Part shown: in pieces, positions 22,201-31,495 of the stretch
Position numbering within the stretch: the first letter of the stretch is position 1
Layout of the letters: each line of letters begins with the position of its first letter
Position numbers and translations under genes: made by a program
Source: an uncultured Planctomycetota bacterium
GTDB taxonomy: Bacteria; Planctomycetota; PLA2; JAEUHO01
Direction: 5' to 3'
Length of the DNA: 64,000 nt
Assembly (NCBI GenBank): GCA_963752285.1
Contig: CAVVXN010000005.1
Location: forward strand, 32,001-96,000
Notes under the pieces: model-generated
Told to the model about the DNA's origin: nothing
What the model saw: the letters and a program-made list of their open reading frames with translations, nothing else
Databases searched by the model: none

Positions 22201-22894
22201 CCGTCCCGAGATTCCGGACGCGGACGTCGAGGGCGATCTCGCCCGGCGGCGCGAGTGTCGGCTCCGCGCGGATCCCCGCGACGACGAGGAACGGCCGGGT
22301 CGAGGCCGGCGCGTAGTCGGCGGGGCGCTGCGCAACGGCCTCGAGACCCTCGACCCCGACGAGGCGTGCCGACCCCCCGAAGCCGCCCTCGTTGTTCGCG
22401 ACCTGGAGGAGGAGCCGGTTCCACCCCTCCCCGAGCCGGACGGGCACGCGGTCCTGGTCGGGGCCCCAGCTCCGGAGCGCCCAGTGACGCAGGACCTCGG
22501 CGCCGTTCAGGTACGCGCGGATGCCGTCGTCGCTGCCGACGGAGAGGACGGCCGTCGTCTCGGCGGGCGCGTGGACGTACGCGAGGAGGTACGCGCTCAC
22601 CACGTCGGTCTTCGAGAAGCCCGCGCCGAGGAGGTTGGCCTGGCCCTCCGCGTCGGCGGCGAGGGGCACCCACGTCCGCTCGGCCGTCGCATCGCCGCGC
22701 TGCGGCGCGAGGTCCACGACGCCCGCGGGCGGCGGCGTGTCGAAGGGGTTCTGTCCCGCGGCGAAGGGGAACGGGCCGAGCACGAGCCACCTCGTCACGG
22801 GGAGCGAGGGGACGGTCGCGTCGTCGTCGGCGTGGACCGCGCGCGCGGCGAACGCCGTCGCCACGAGGAGCCCGGTGATCAGGAGAGTCCGCAT
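19285..22894 (-). pseudogene. GH38 alpha-mannosidase with N-terminal accessory domain; one +1 frameshift at 20810-20813 (pseudogene or sequencing error)
   Basis: Signal peptide; SHIDMAWMW, WVEPD, GWNPDSFG, YGVGDHGGGP, ELYLEYHRG in one frame, then W-x4-FNQFHDLLPGS, FEIPYG, KYG, LSLLRAP in another; span 3610 nt = 3n+1. Confidence 0.88.
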
Positions 22895-23853
22895 CACTTG
22901 CCCTTCCGGTCGAGCGCGACCGCCGCGAGGATCACGGCGCCCTTTACGACCTTCTGCCAGTAGGTGGAGACGTCGAGCAGGACGAGGCCGTTGTCGAGCA
23001 CGCCGATCACCAAGGCGCCGAGGACCGTGCCCCACAGGGTGCCCCGTCCGCCCATGAGGCTGCATCCGCCGACGACGACCGCCGCGATCGCGTTCAGCTC
23101 GAAGAGGTCGCCGGCCTTCGGGTCGCCCGTGCCGAGGCGAGCGGCGAGGACCAGACCGCCGAGCGCCGCGAGGAACCCCATGCCCCCGTAGACGAGGAGC
23201 TTCACGCGGCCGACGCGTACGCCGCTCAGGCGTGCCGCCTCCTCGTTCCCGCCGACGGCGTACACGTGGCGGCCGAACGTGGTGCGCGCGAGGAGGAACG
23301 CGGTGGCGAGCACGACCAGCGCCGTCAGGAGGACCGGCAAGGGAACCGGCCCCACGCGCGCCGTGCCCCAGAACGTGAAGGAGTCCGAGAGGCCGCCCAC
23401 GCTCTGCCCGCCGGTGTAGAGGAAGGCGAGGCCGCGGATCGCGGTCATCGAGGCGAGCGTCGCGATGAAGGGGGCCACGCGGAGGAACACGACCGCCGCG
23501 CCGTTCGCGAGGCCGACGAGGGCGCCGGCGCCGAGCGCCACCGCCGCGGCGACCGGGACGGGTGTGCCGCGCGCCGCGAGATCGGCGCCCACGACGCCGC
23601 CGAACGCGACCACCGACCCGACCGAGAGGTCGATGCCGGCCGTCAGGATCACGAGGGTCATCCCCGTCGCGAGGACGGTGTTCACCGAGATCTGGAGAAG
23701 GACGTTCAGGAGGTTCTGGCCCGTGAGGAACGCGTGGTTCGGAGTCGCGACGGCGAGGAACGCGCAGAAGAGCACGAACGCGCCGGCGAGGCCGACGCCT
23801 CGGACCCGCGCGGCGAGCCCGGGACGCGTCGCCGGCGGGGGCGCGGACGTCAT
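22894..23853 (-). CDS. Sugar ABC transporter permease (RbsC-like)
   Basis: GMTLVILTAGIDLSVG, FGRHVYAVGGNEEAARLSG, ELNAIAAVVVGG. Confidence 0.95.
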   Translation of the reverse strand: MTSAPPPATRPGLAARVRGVGLAGAFVLFCAFLAVATPNHAFLTGQNLLNVLLQISVNTVLATGMTLVILTAGIDLSVGSVVAFGGVVGADLAARGTPVPVAAAVALGAGALVGLANGAAVVFLRVAPFIATLASMTAIRGLAFLYTGGQSVGGLSDSFTFWGTARVGPVPLPVLLTALVVLATAFLLARTTFGRHVYAVGGNEEAARLSGVRVGRVKLLVYGGMGFLAALGGLVLAARLGTGDPKAGDLFELNAIAAVVVGGCSLMGGRGTLWGTVLGALVIGVLDNGLVLLDVSTYWQKVVKGAVILAAVALDRKGK

Positions 23854-25349
23854 CACGCGAGCCCCATCGCGAGGCGGAGGAGGTCCTCCGGCGCGGGGCC
23901 CGGGAGGTCCACGGCACCCGAGACGCGCCCCTCGCAGAGGACGACGGCGCGGTCGGCGACGCCGAGGACCTCGGACAGGTCGGAGGAGATCATCAGGATC
24001 CCCACCCCGCGCTCGGCCAGGGCCCCGAGGAACTCGTAGATCTCGTAGCGCCCGCCGACGTCCACGCCGCGGGTCGGCTCGTCGCAGACGAGGAGACGGC
24101 AGGTCCCGAGGAGCCAGCGGGCGAGGGCCACCTTCTGCTGATTCCCGCCCGAGAGGCGGCGCACTTCCGTGTCGAGGGTCGGCGTCCGGATCGCGAGGCG
24201 CTCGACGATCGCCTGGACGTCCGTTCGCTCGCGCGCGCGGTCGATCGTGCGAATCCACCGCGCCGCGTAGGCCGAGAGGTGGGGGAGCGTGACGTTCGCG
24301 GCGACGCCCAGGGTCGCCACCAGACCCTCGTCCTTGCGATCCTCGCTCACCCAGCCGACGCCGGCCTCGATCGCCTCGCGGGGATGGCGGAGCTCGACGA
24401 CGCGGTCTCCGAGACGGATCGCGCCGGCGTCCGGCGTCTCCGCTCCGAAGAGGAGGCGGCCGACCTCCGTCCGACCTGCGCCGACGAGCCCGGCCAGCGC
24501 GACGATCTCGCCCTCACGCACCGTGAACGAGACGTCCCGCACGCGCGGCGCCCGGCAGAGTCCCTTGGCCTCGAGCAGCACGCGCCCCGGCCGACGCGTG
24601 CGCGCGGGGAACTGCCCGCCCAGCGGCCGGCCGACCATCGCCTGGACGAGCGCGGCCTCGTCGGTCTCTCCCGCGGGGGTGTCGGCGACGACCGCGCCGT
24701 CGCGCATGACGACCACCCGGTCGGCCAGACGGAAGACCTCGTCCAGCCGATGCGTGATCAGGACGACGGCCACGCCCTCCGCCGCGAGGCGCCGCACGAT
24801 CGTGAAGAGTCGCTCGGTCTCGTGCGCCGAGAGCGAGGAGGTCGGCTCGTCCATCGCGAGAGAACGGACCGAGCCGGAGAGCGCCTTCGCGATCTCGACG
24901 ATCTGTTGCGAAGCAACCGAGAGCGTCTCCACCCGCGCCGCGGGGTCGATCGAGCGGTCGAGCTCGGCGAGCAGCGCGCGGGCGCGTTCCCGCGTCGCCA
25001 CGGCGTCGTAGAGCCCGCGCCGCCGCGGCAGTCGGCCCAGCAGCACGTTCTCGGCGACGCTCAGGGGACCGACGAGCTCCAGCTCCTGGTAGATCAGCGT
25101 GACGCCGCGCGCGCGGGTCGCACCGGGATCGCCGAGCGGGAGCGGCTCGCCCTCGAGCAGCACGCGACCCGCGTCGGGACGGATCGCGCCCGCCACGGCC
25201 TTCATCAGCGTGGACTTGCCGGCCCCGTTCTCGCCCAGGAGCGCGCACACCTCGCCGGCCCGGAGCCCCAGGGACACGCCTCGCACGGCCTGCACGCCGC
25301 CGAACGAGTGAGAGAGGTTCTCGATCTCGAGCCGATGCGCCGGGCGCAT
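23853..25349 (-). CDS. Sugar ABC transporter ATP-binding protein (RbsA-like, two NBDs)
   Basis: GENGAGKST, DEPT, GLVGAGRTE, LSGGNQQK. Confidence 0.95.
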   Translation of the reverse strand: MRPAHRLEIENLSHSFGGVQAVRGVSLGLRAGEVCALLGENGAGKSTLMKAVAGAIRPDAGRVLLEGEPLPLGDPGATRARGVTLIYQELELVGPLSVAENVLLGRLPRRRGLYDAVATRERARALLAELDRSIDPAARVETLSVASQQIVEIAKALSGSVRSLAMDEPTSSLSAHETERLFTIVRRLAAEGVAVVLITHRLDEVFRLADRVVVMRDGAVVADTPAGETDEAALVQAMVGRPLGGQFPARTRRPGRVLLEAKGLCRAPRVRDVSFTVREGEIVALAGLVGAGRTEVGRLLFGAETPDAGAIRLGDRVVELRHPREAIEAGVGWVSEDRKDEGLVATLGVAANVTLPHLSAYAARWIRTIDRARERTDVQAIVERLAIRTPTLDTEVRRLSGGNQQKVALARWLLGTCRLLVCDEPTRGVDVGGRYEIYEFLGALAERGVGILMISSDLSEVLGVADRAVVLCEGRVSGAVDLPGPAPEDLLRLAMGLA

Positions 25350-26281
25350 CAGTGCGCGCCGGAGGCCGCGTCTTCCTTCTCGAGGCTCTCGCGCGTGAGG
25401 AGGCTCACGTCCACCGGCTCCACCGAGGGGACCTTCTCGCCCTTCAGCCAGGCGGCGACGGCCTCGACGACCTGGCGTCCGATCTCGCGCGGATGCTGCA
25501 CCACGTCCGCCTGCAGCGCGCCGCCCTTGCGGATCGCGTCGCGCGCCTCGGGTGTCGCGTCGTAGCCCACGACGACCACGTCCTCCTTCCCGAGCCCGTC
25601 GAGCGCGCGCAGCACGCCCATCGCGGTCTCGTCGTTGATCGCGAAGATGCCCTTGATCTGGGGATGCGCCTGGAGGGTGTTCGTCGCCACGTCCAACGCC
25701 ATCTCTCGCTTGCCCTCCGCGGACGGACGCGCCACGATCTCGATGCCCGGGTGCTTCGCGATCTCCTCCGTGAAGCCGCGCACGCGATCTTGAACGCTCG
25801 CGACCTGCGGGTGGTCCACGATGGCGACGGCCCCGGCGTCGGCGAGCTGCTTCGCGAGGAACGCGCCGGCGAGCCGACCGCCCTGCACGTTGTCCGACGC
25901 GACGTGGCAGGTCACGTCCAGGCCCTCCGCGGCGATGTCCGCCGTGAAGACGCCGACGCCCGCGTCCTGTGCGCGCCGGAGCGCCTGCGCGATCCCCCGA
26001 CTGTCTACGGGGCAGGCGATGATCGCCTTCGCGCCACGCACGACGAAGTTCTCGACCTGGGCGGTCTGCTGGGCCAGGTCCTTCTCGGCCGACTGGACGA
26101 GGAGATGGAGATGCGCCTTCGCGGCCGCGTCGCGCATGCCCGCTTCGAGCTCGCGGTAGAAGAAGTCCTGCTGGTCGAGGAGCGTGACGCCGACGACGGG
26201 CTCCCCGGAGTCCTTCGTGCCGCAGGCGGGCACGAGGAGGGCGAGCGACGCGAGGAGGAAGGGGCGGAAGAGCGGGTGCAT
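25349..26281 (-). CDS. Sugar ABC transporter substrate-binding lipoprotein (RbsB-like)
   Basis: Lipobox-like LVPAC; VASDNVQGG, FAIND, VVGYD. Confidence 0.92.
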   Translation of the reverse strand: MHPLFRPFLLASLALLVPACGTKDSGEPVVGVTLLDQQDFFYRELEAGMRDAAAKAHLHLLVQSAEKDLAQQTAQVENFVVRGAKAIIACPVDSRGIAQALRRAQDAGVGVFTADIAAEGLDVTCHVASDNVQGGRLAGAFLAKQLADAGAVAIVDHPQVASVQDRVRGFTEEIAKHPGIEIVARPSAEGKREMALDVATNTLQAHPQIKGIFAINDETAMGVLRALDGLGKEDVVVVGYDATPEARDAIRKGGALQADVVQHPREIGRQVVEAVAAWLKGEKVPSVEPVDVSLLTRESLEKEDAASGAH

Positions 26282-26409
26282 GGGGGGCTCCGGGCCGGCC
26301 GGCGCTCTCGCCTCCGGCCGCGCCGAAGGCGCGAACCTAGCCCCCGGGTCCCCGGGCGACAAGCGCGGGTCGGTCGCATCCGGCGGGAGGACGGGGCGCG
26401 CGAGCGGGC

Positions 26410-26482
26410 GCCGCCGGGCCTCGAGTCGGTGCGGGCGCGCCGGACGGGAGAAAAGCGGCGGAAAGCGCCCCGCCTCCGTGCC
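26410..26482 (+). repeat. 73-bp direct repeat, copy A
   Basis: Ungapped match to 27345-27417, 62/73 identical by manual count. Confidence 0.85.
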
Positions 26483-26513
26483 GCGCGCGCACCGTGCGAC
26501 GTTCTCAATCCGT

Positions 26514-27359
26514 ATGCGGAACCCCTCCGATCCGAGGCAGCGCCGGCCGATCCTGGGCCTGGGCCTCCTGCTGGCGGCGCTCGCCGCGGGCCCCGCCCGT
26601 GCGGGCGACCCCGCACCCCGGAAGCCGGCGTGTTCCCTCCCCGACGATCCCGCGGTGGCGGTGATCACCCTCGACCACGTCGGCGGTCTGGCGCCGCCCC
26701 GGAAGACGAAGGCGCCCTACCTCTCGTTTTTCGCCGACGGCCGGGTCCGGGCGGTCGATCTCTCCGGTCGAGGGCGCGACGCCGAGGGACACCTGTCCCT
26801 GGCGTCCCTTCGCGAGCTCCTGGCGTACGTGATCGAGACGGAGCGCTTCTTCTCCGCCGAGGACGAGACCCTGGACGAGCTCGTGAGGCGCCGGGCCCGC
26901 GAGGCCGGCGCGCCCCCGGCGGTGCTCGACGCCTCGACGACGCGGATCGATGTCCAGACGCGCGAGCAGCACGTGCGCCGCGAGCTCTACGCCCTGAGAA
27001 GCGTCGCGGAGCGGTTCCCCGACCTGGAGCGCGTGCAGCGTCTCGACCGCGTCGCGAGGCGGCTGGAGAACGAGGCGGCCGTCGTCCTGGCCGGCGGCCT
27101 CGATCGCGTGCGCTCGCTCGTCGACGAGGCGAACCGTCGGCTCCAGGCGGAGCACCCCGGCGCGCTGCCGCTCGCGGCGGAGAGCCTTCGCTACCAGGGG
27201 ACGGACCCCGACGACGTCCGGCGGTTCACGCTGCGCGCGACCGAGGCCGGTGGGGCCGACGCGAAGGCGGGCTGGTCGAGCGCGGCGATCCGGATCCCGC
27301 CCGCGCCGGCCGAGGGGTCGCCGGCTGCGCCGACGATCGACGTCGCCGCCGGGCCCTGA
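26514..27359 (+). CDS. Secreted hypothetical protein
   Basis: Signal peptide RRPILGLGLLLAALAAGPARA; coding-like composition. Confidence 0.7.
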   Translation: MRNPSDPRQRRPILGLGLLLAALAAGPARAGDPAPRKPACSLPDDPAVAVITLDHVGGLAPPRKTKAPYLSFFADGRVRAVDLSGRGRDAEGHLSLASLRELLAYVIETERFFSAEDETLDELVRRRAREAGAPPAVLDASTTRIDVQTREQHVRRELYALRSVAERFPDLERVQRLDRVARRLENEAAVVLAGGLDRVRSLVDEANRRLQAEHPGALPLAAESLRYQGTDPDDVRRFTLRATEAGGADAKAGWSSAAIRIPPAPAEGSPAAPTIDVAAGP

Positions 27360-27417
27360 GCCGGCGCGGGCGCGCCGGACGGGGGAAGAGCGGCGGAATT
27401 TGCCCCGCCTCGGTACC
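27345..27417 (+). repeat. 73-bp direct repeat, copy B (includes the last codons and stop of 26514..27359)
   Basis: Match to 26410-26482. Confidence 0.85.
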
Positions 27418-27422
27418 CGCGG

Positions 27423-29969
27423 TCAGTCGGCGGGGGGACGGACGAACGCGGCTCGACGGGGAGGCGGCATCGGTGCGTCCGGCCCCTTGACGGCGTGCCA
27501 CACCAGCTCGGAGAACGCGAGGTCGTCCACCTCGTCCGCCTTCTCGAGGTCGATCCCCTCCGATTCCGCGGCGCCCCACGCGCTCGCCACGTTCTTCTCG
27601 TCCGTCGGCCAGGTGGCCTCGCGTGCGGCGTAGGGCGTGAGGTCCGGGACGTCGGTGAAGCAGGCGTACATCGGACGGGCGGCGGCGTCGTACTGGCTCA
27701 TCGGCGGCAGCCCCAGGATCAGCTCCATCGTCCGGAGGAGGCTGCACGTCGAGTACATGTCGTGCACGACCGCGCCCCGCCGGACGTACGGGCCCGCGAC
27801 GAGCGCGACGGACCGGTGTGCGTCCACGTGGTCGGGCCCGTTCTGCGCGTCGTCCTCGACGACGAACACGGCGGTCGTGGGCCAGAACCGGCTGTGCGAG
27901 AGCCCCTCGAGAAGGCGGCCCAGGGCCAGGTCGTTGTCGGCGACCGCCGCCCGCGGGGTCGGCCGGCCCACGCGCGTGCCCGAGGTGTGGTCGTTCGGCA
28001 AGCGGATCACCACGAGTCGCGGCAGCTCGCCCGACGTCTCGATCTCCGCGAGCTCCGCGAGGAAGCGATCGGCGCGTTTCGTGTCGGGGTAGCCCAGGTC
28101 GAAGCTCCGGTAGAGCGGGTCGAAGTGACCTTCGAGCGCCGGCACGTTCGTCGTCCCCGGGTCGTCGGGCGTGTCGCCGTTCTCGACGAACTCCCCGTAG
28201 CTCCGGTACGAGATGCCGGCCCGCTTCGCGAGGTCCCACAGGTAGCCGTTCGAGGGGAAGGCGACCGGGAAGCTCCCCTCGGACGGGTAGCCGAGGTCGC
28301 GGACCTTCCCGTCGGGGCCCCTCGCTCGGCCCTTCCCGCCGTACGTAACGGGCCACGTCCGCTCGACGAAGTCCGTCGCGTACGCGCCCATCGACCACTC
28401 GTGCCCGTCCGCCGAGACCTCGGCGTCCACGTAGAAGTTGTCGAGGAGCACGAAGTCTCGCGCGATGGCGTGGTGGTTCGGGCTGACCTCCTCCGGGAAG
28501 AGACAGAGGTCGGGATCCCCGTCGCCGCGCGGGTCGTCGCCGAGGACCTGGTCGTAGGTCCGGTTCTCCTTGATCACGTACACGCAGTGGCGGATCGGCG
28601 ACGGGTCGCCGGGGCGCGCGGGAATCGGCGATCCCGGGGGCCGCGGGGCGTCGCTCCGGACCGCGGCCGCGCGGGCCAGCGGGGCGAGCCCGTACGCCCT
28701 GGCCGTCAGCGACCGGAGCGCGGTCGGGTTCGGGACCGGGAAGACCGAGAGGGATCCCTTGAACATCGACCCCGTGTAGTCGTCCTGGCTCTCCTCGTGG
28801 TGGCCCGGGGCCGGGCCGCCCGGGTTGGCGTGCGACCCGCCCGAGCCCTTCCCGTTGGCGACGAAGACCGTCGTTCCGTCGGGCGAGAACCGAACGGACG
28901 TCGGGTACATCCCGACGGGCACGAACCCGAGCCCTCGGCTCCGCCCGCGCGCGGAGACGTCGATCACCGCCACGTCGTCGTTGTCCGCGTTCGCCACGAG
29001 GAGCGTCCTTCCGTCGGGAGAGACGGCGACCGAGTCGGGCGTGGAACCCGGGGGCACGTGGGGATACAGCGCCGAGCCGATCGTCTCCTCGACGCGTCGC
29101 CGCGCCACGTCGATCACGCTGACGGTGTTCGCGTTGCCGTGGCTCACGAAGAGCCGGCTGCCGTCGGGGGAGAAGGTCATCTCCGACGGGTGCGGCCCCG
29201 TCTCGAGCCGCGCGACCTCCTCGAGCGTGTCCGCGTCGAGGAGCGCGACGGTCCCCGCACCCCACAGCGAGACGGCGACGACGTCGCCCCTCCGGCGGCA
29301 CTCGAACGGGAACGAGTCCTTCGGGAGCGCGGCGCCGAGGGACATCGTCCCGTCCGCGTCGAGGCGGACGATCCGGTCGGCGCGTTGCAGCGCGACGAGG
29401 ATCCCGCCCCGGCCGTCCGTGCAGAGGCCCGCGGGGAGCGACGCCCCCTCGCCCACGGCGGCGGGCCAGGTGTCGATGCGTCTCGCCTGCCCGGTCTCCG
29501 GGTCGAACCGAAAGACGTCCACCACGTCGCGGACGCCGCCGCTCACGAAGAGTCGCTCGCCGTCCTCGCTGAACGCCATCCCGCTCCACGACGACGGGAG
29601 GCGGATCTCGGCCACGACCTCCTCGGCCCGCGCGTCGAAGACCGTCACGCCGTGCCCTCGGTTGCCCGCGTGCTGGACCGCGAGCCATCGCCCCGCGGGA
29701 TGCCACACCATGCGGACGGGCAGGTCCCACGCGAGCGGCACCTGCTTTCCGTACGGGTCGAGACCCCAGCCGTTCGGAAGCAGGATCGACCCGTCCTCCC
29801 GCGGGCCGGGCCGCTCCGTGGCGCCGGGGGCGAACGCCAAGAGCTCGGGCGGCGCCGGCGAACGGATCGCGGCGCCGGGTCGCGGCGTCGCGCGGCAAGG
29901 GGGGGGCGGCGCTCTGCGGCACGTGCACGAGGCGAGGAGGAGGAGGAAGAGGAGGACCGAGGTACGCAT
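27423..29969 (-). CDS. Bifunctional YncE/YVTN beta-propeller and phosphoesterase (alkaline phosphatase superfamily) lipoprotein
   Basis: LLASC lipobox-like; SPDG propeller repeats; YVIKENRTYDQVLGD, VSADGHEW, LPNDHT, VEDDAQNGPDHVDAHRS. Confidence 0.92.
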   Translation of the reverse strand: MRTSVLLFLLLLASCTCRRAPPPPCRATPRPGAAIRSPAPPELLAFAPGATERPGPREDGSILLPNGWGLDPYGKQVPLAWDLPVRMVWHPAGRWLAVQHAGNRGHGVTVFDARAEEVVAEIRLPSSWSGMAFSEDGERLFVSGGVRDVVDVFRFDPETGQARRIDTWPAAVGEGASLPAGLCTDGRGGILVALQRADRIVRLDADGTMSLGAALPKDSFPFECRRRGDVVAVSLWGAGTVALLDADTLEEVARLETGPHPSEMTFSPDGSRLFVSHGNANTVSVIDVARRRVEETIGSALYPHVPPGSTPDSVAVSPDGRTLLVANADNDDVAVIDVSARGRSRGLGFVPVGMYPTSVRFSPDGTTVFVANGKGSGGSHANPGGPAPGHHEESQDDYTGSMFKGSLSVFPVPNPTALRSLTARAYGLAPLARAAAVRSDAPRPPGSPIPARPGDPSPIRHCVYVIKENRTYDQVLGDDPRGDGDPDLCLFPEEVSPNHHAIARDFVLLDNFYVDAEVSADGHEWSMGAYATDFVERTWPVTYGGKGRARGPDGKVRDLGYPSEGSFPVAFPSNGYLWDLAKRAGISYRSYGEFVENGDTPDDPGTTNVPALEGHFDPLYRSFDLGYPDTKRADRFLAELAEIETSGELPRLVVIRLPNDHTSGTRVGRPTPRAAVADNDLALGRLLEGLSHSRFWPTTAVFVVEDDAQNGPDHVDAHRSVALVAGPYVRRGAVVHDMYSTCSLLRTMELILGLPPMSQYDAAARPMYACFTDVPDLTPYAAREATWPTDEKNVASAWGAAESEGIDLEKADEVDDLAFSELVWHAVKGPDAPMPPPRRAAFVRPPAD

Positions 29970-30034
29970 GGGGCCGGGATCATAGTGGATCCCCCCCGTG
30001 GCGGGACGCCCCGCCGACGCCGATCCCCTGCCGG

Positions 30035-30063
30035 CCCCACGCCCGTCCGCGGACGGGGTGGGG
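30035..30063 (-). terminator. Hairpin immediately after VOC gene stop
   Basis: CCCCAC-G-CCCGTCC / GGACGGG-GTGGGG inverted repeat; no U-tract. Confidence 0.4.
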
Positions 30064-30064
30064 A

Positions 30065-30412
30065 TCAGGTCTTCGACCAGATCATTACGCTGCGGCAGCC
30101 GCCCGGGTCACGGAACGACGCCCAGTAGCCGTAGTCCTTGCCGATCTTCGTCTTGCCCTTGACGACCGTGCCGCCGAGCGCCTCCACGCGGGCGAGCGTC
30201 GCCGGGATGTCGTCCACCCCGACGTAGATGGCGACCCCGTGGCCCGGCGGAGGGTCCACCTGCTCGATCCCCCCGAGGCCGCCGCCGGGCGTCTCGACCA
30301 TCACGTACCGGTCGCTGGAGGGGGTCGTCTTCCAGCCGAAGAGCGCCGCGTAGAACGCGCTGGTCTTCTCGACGTCCGTGGTGGGGATCTCCCAGTACAC
30401 GATCTCGCTCAT
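30065..30412 (-). CDS. VOC family (glyoxalase/bleomycin resistance) protein
   Basis: IVYWEIP...FYAALFGW...IYVGVDDI...GG...FRDPGG. Confidence 0.9.
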   Translation of the reverse strand: MSEIVYWEIPTTDVEKTSAFYAALFGWKTTPSSDRYVMVETPGGGLGGIEQVDPPPGHGVAIYVGVDDIPATLARVEALGGTVVKGKTKIGKDYGYWASFRDPGGCRSVMIWSKT

Positions 30413-30640
30413 GCCGTCTCCCGGTCGCCAGCGCCTTGCGCGCCGACCTTCTACCGCTCCGGCGCGCCCCGGGCAACGCGGCCCGTCCGCCGGTCCTGGG
30501 TCGCGCGCGCCGCGAGACGCCTCTTTCGGCCCCCCGGGCCTCGCCGGGGTCCCACCGGATCGGCGGCGGGCGCGAGGCAGGGAACCGGAAGCGTGGCCGA
30601 CGTGTCCGACTCCCGGGGGCTGCTTCCGATGGAGGAGCGC

Positions 30641-31219
30641 ATGAGGTACCGACGGGCCGTTCTGTGCGTGACCGGGCTCGTCCTCGCCCTGGCCGGCCCC
30701 GGTGTGACGGCGGAGCCGGGGGGCCAGGGGCCGGACCTTCGGCGGGTGACGCTCGACGACCTGATCGACGCCGCGAAGCGGGTCCGGCCGGACATCCAGA
30801 TGAAGGTCACCTGGTGCGGGCCCCAGACGAAGAGCGTCCCGACGATCGTGCTCGGGACGCTGGGCCACCGCCTGAACGCCGACAAGTACGTCCCGCTCCG
30901 ACGGGAAGGCTGGAGCTACGCCAACGACGATCCCCCGTCGATCCGCTACTACCAGCTCACGCCCGACGAGTGGACGCGGGCGCTCACGGCGATGAAGGCG
31001 GCCGGCTGGGCGGGGAAGGTGAACCCCTCGGAGCCCGAGTTCGAGCGACGCATCCACGTCGTCCTGGTCAGCACGGGCTGGCAGGACCGGAGCTACGACT
31101 GGGCCGAGCTCTTCCTCGACGCCGACACGCCCTCCCTCCGCGCGCTCTTCCTCGGCGCGCTCGCGGAGCACGACCCCGCCGGCCTGCTCGTCGAGAATCG
31201 TCTCTTCCGCGGCTCCTGA
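30641..31219 (+). CDS. Secreted hypothetical protein
   Basis: GGAGGAG SD; signal peptide MRYRRAVLCVTGLVLALAG. Confidence 0.75.
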   Translation: MRYRRAVLCVTGLVLALAGPGVTAEPGGQGPDLRRVTLDDLIDAAKRVRPDIQMKVTWCGPQTKSVPTIVLGTLGHRLNADKYVPLRREGWSYANDDPPSIRYYQLTPDEWTRALTAMKAAGWAGKVNPSEPEFERRIHVVLVSTGWQDRSYDWAELFLDADTPSLRALFLGALAEHDPAGLLVENRLFRGS

Positions 31220-31495
31220 CGAACGCCGGGGCCGTACCGGCAACGGGACCGTGGCCCTCGCGTCGCGCATTCGGAATGCGAGGAGCCGTCCTCACAGGCG
31301 ATCGCGTCGCGCATCGCCACGCGGATGCTCCCGCTCTCGACGCGGTCGTGCCCGCGGAGGCCGCGGCCGGCGCGCGCGCGCGAGGGGGCTCCACGTGCGT
31401 CCGAGGATCGGCGCCCGGGACCTGCCGGGCCGGAGGGTCCGGTCCGCGGATCGGTGGGGCCCACCGGTCGGGCCTCGCGGGCTCATCGCCCGGGC

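Noticed and set aside
16880..23917. 2345-aa minus-strand ORF and other very long Arg/Pro/Gly-rich ORFs (5637..9776, 56401..59760, 52879..56391)
   Set aside because: Shadow frames of GC-rich genes; only 20811-22894 of the 2345-aa ORF is real coding sequence (mannosidase N-half)
30581..30609. GGAACC-N17-GTCCGA sigmaE-like promoter
   Set aside because: Single occurrence with slightly long spacing; too likely by chance
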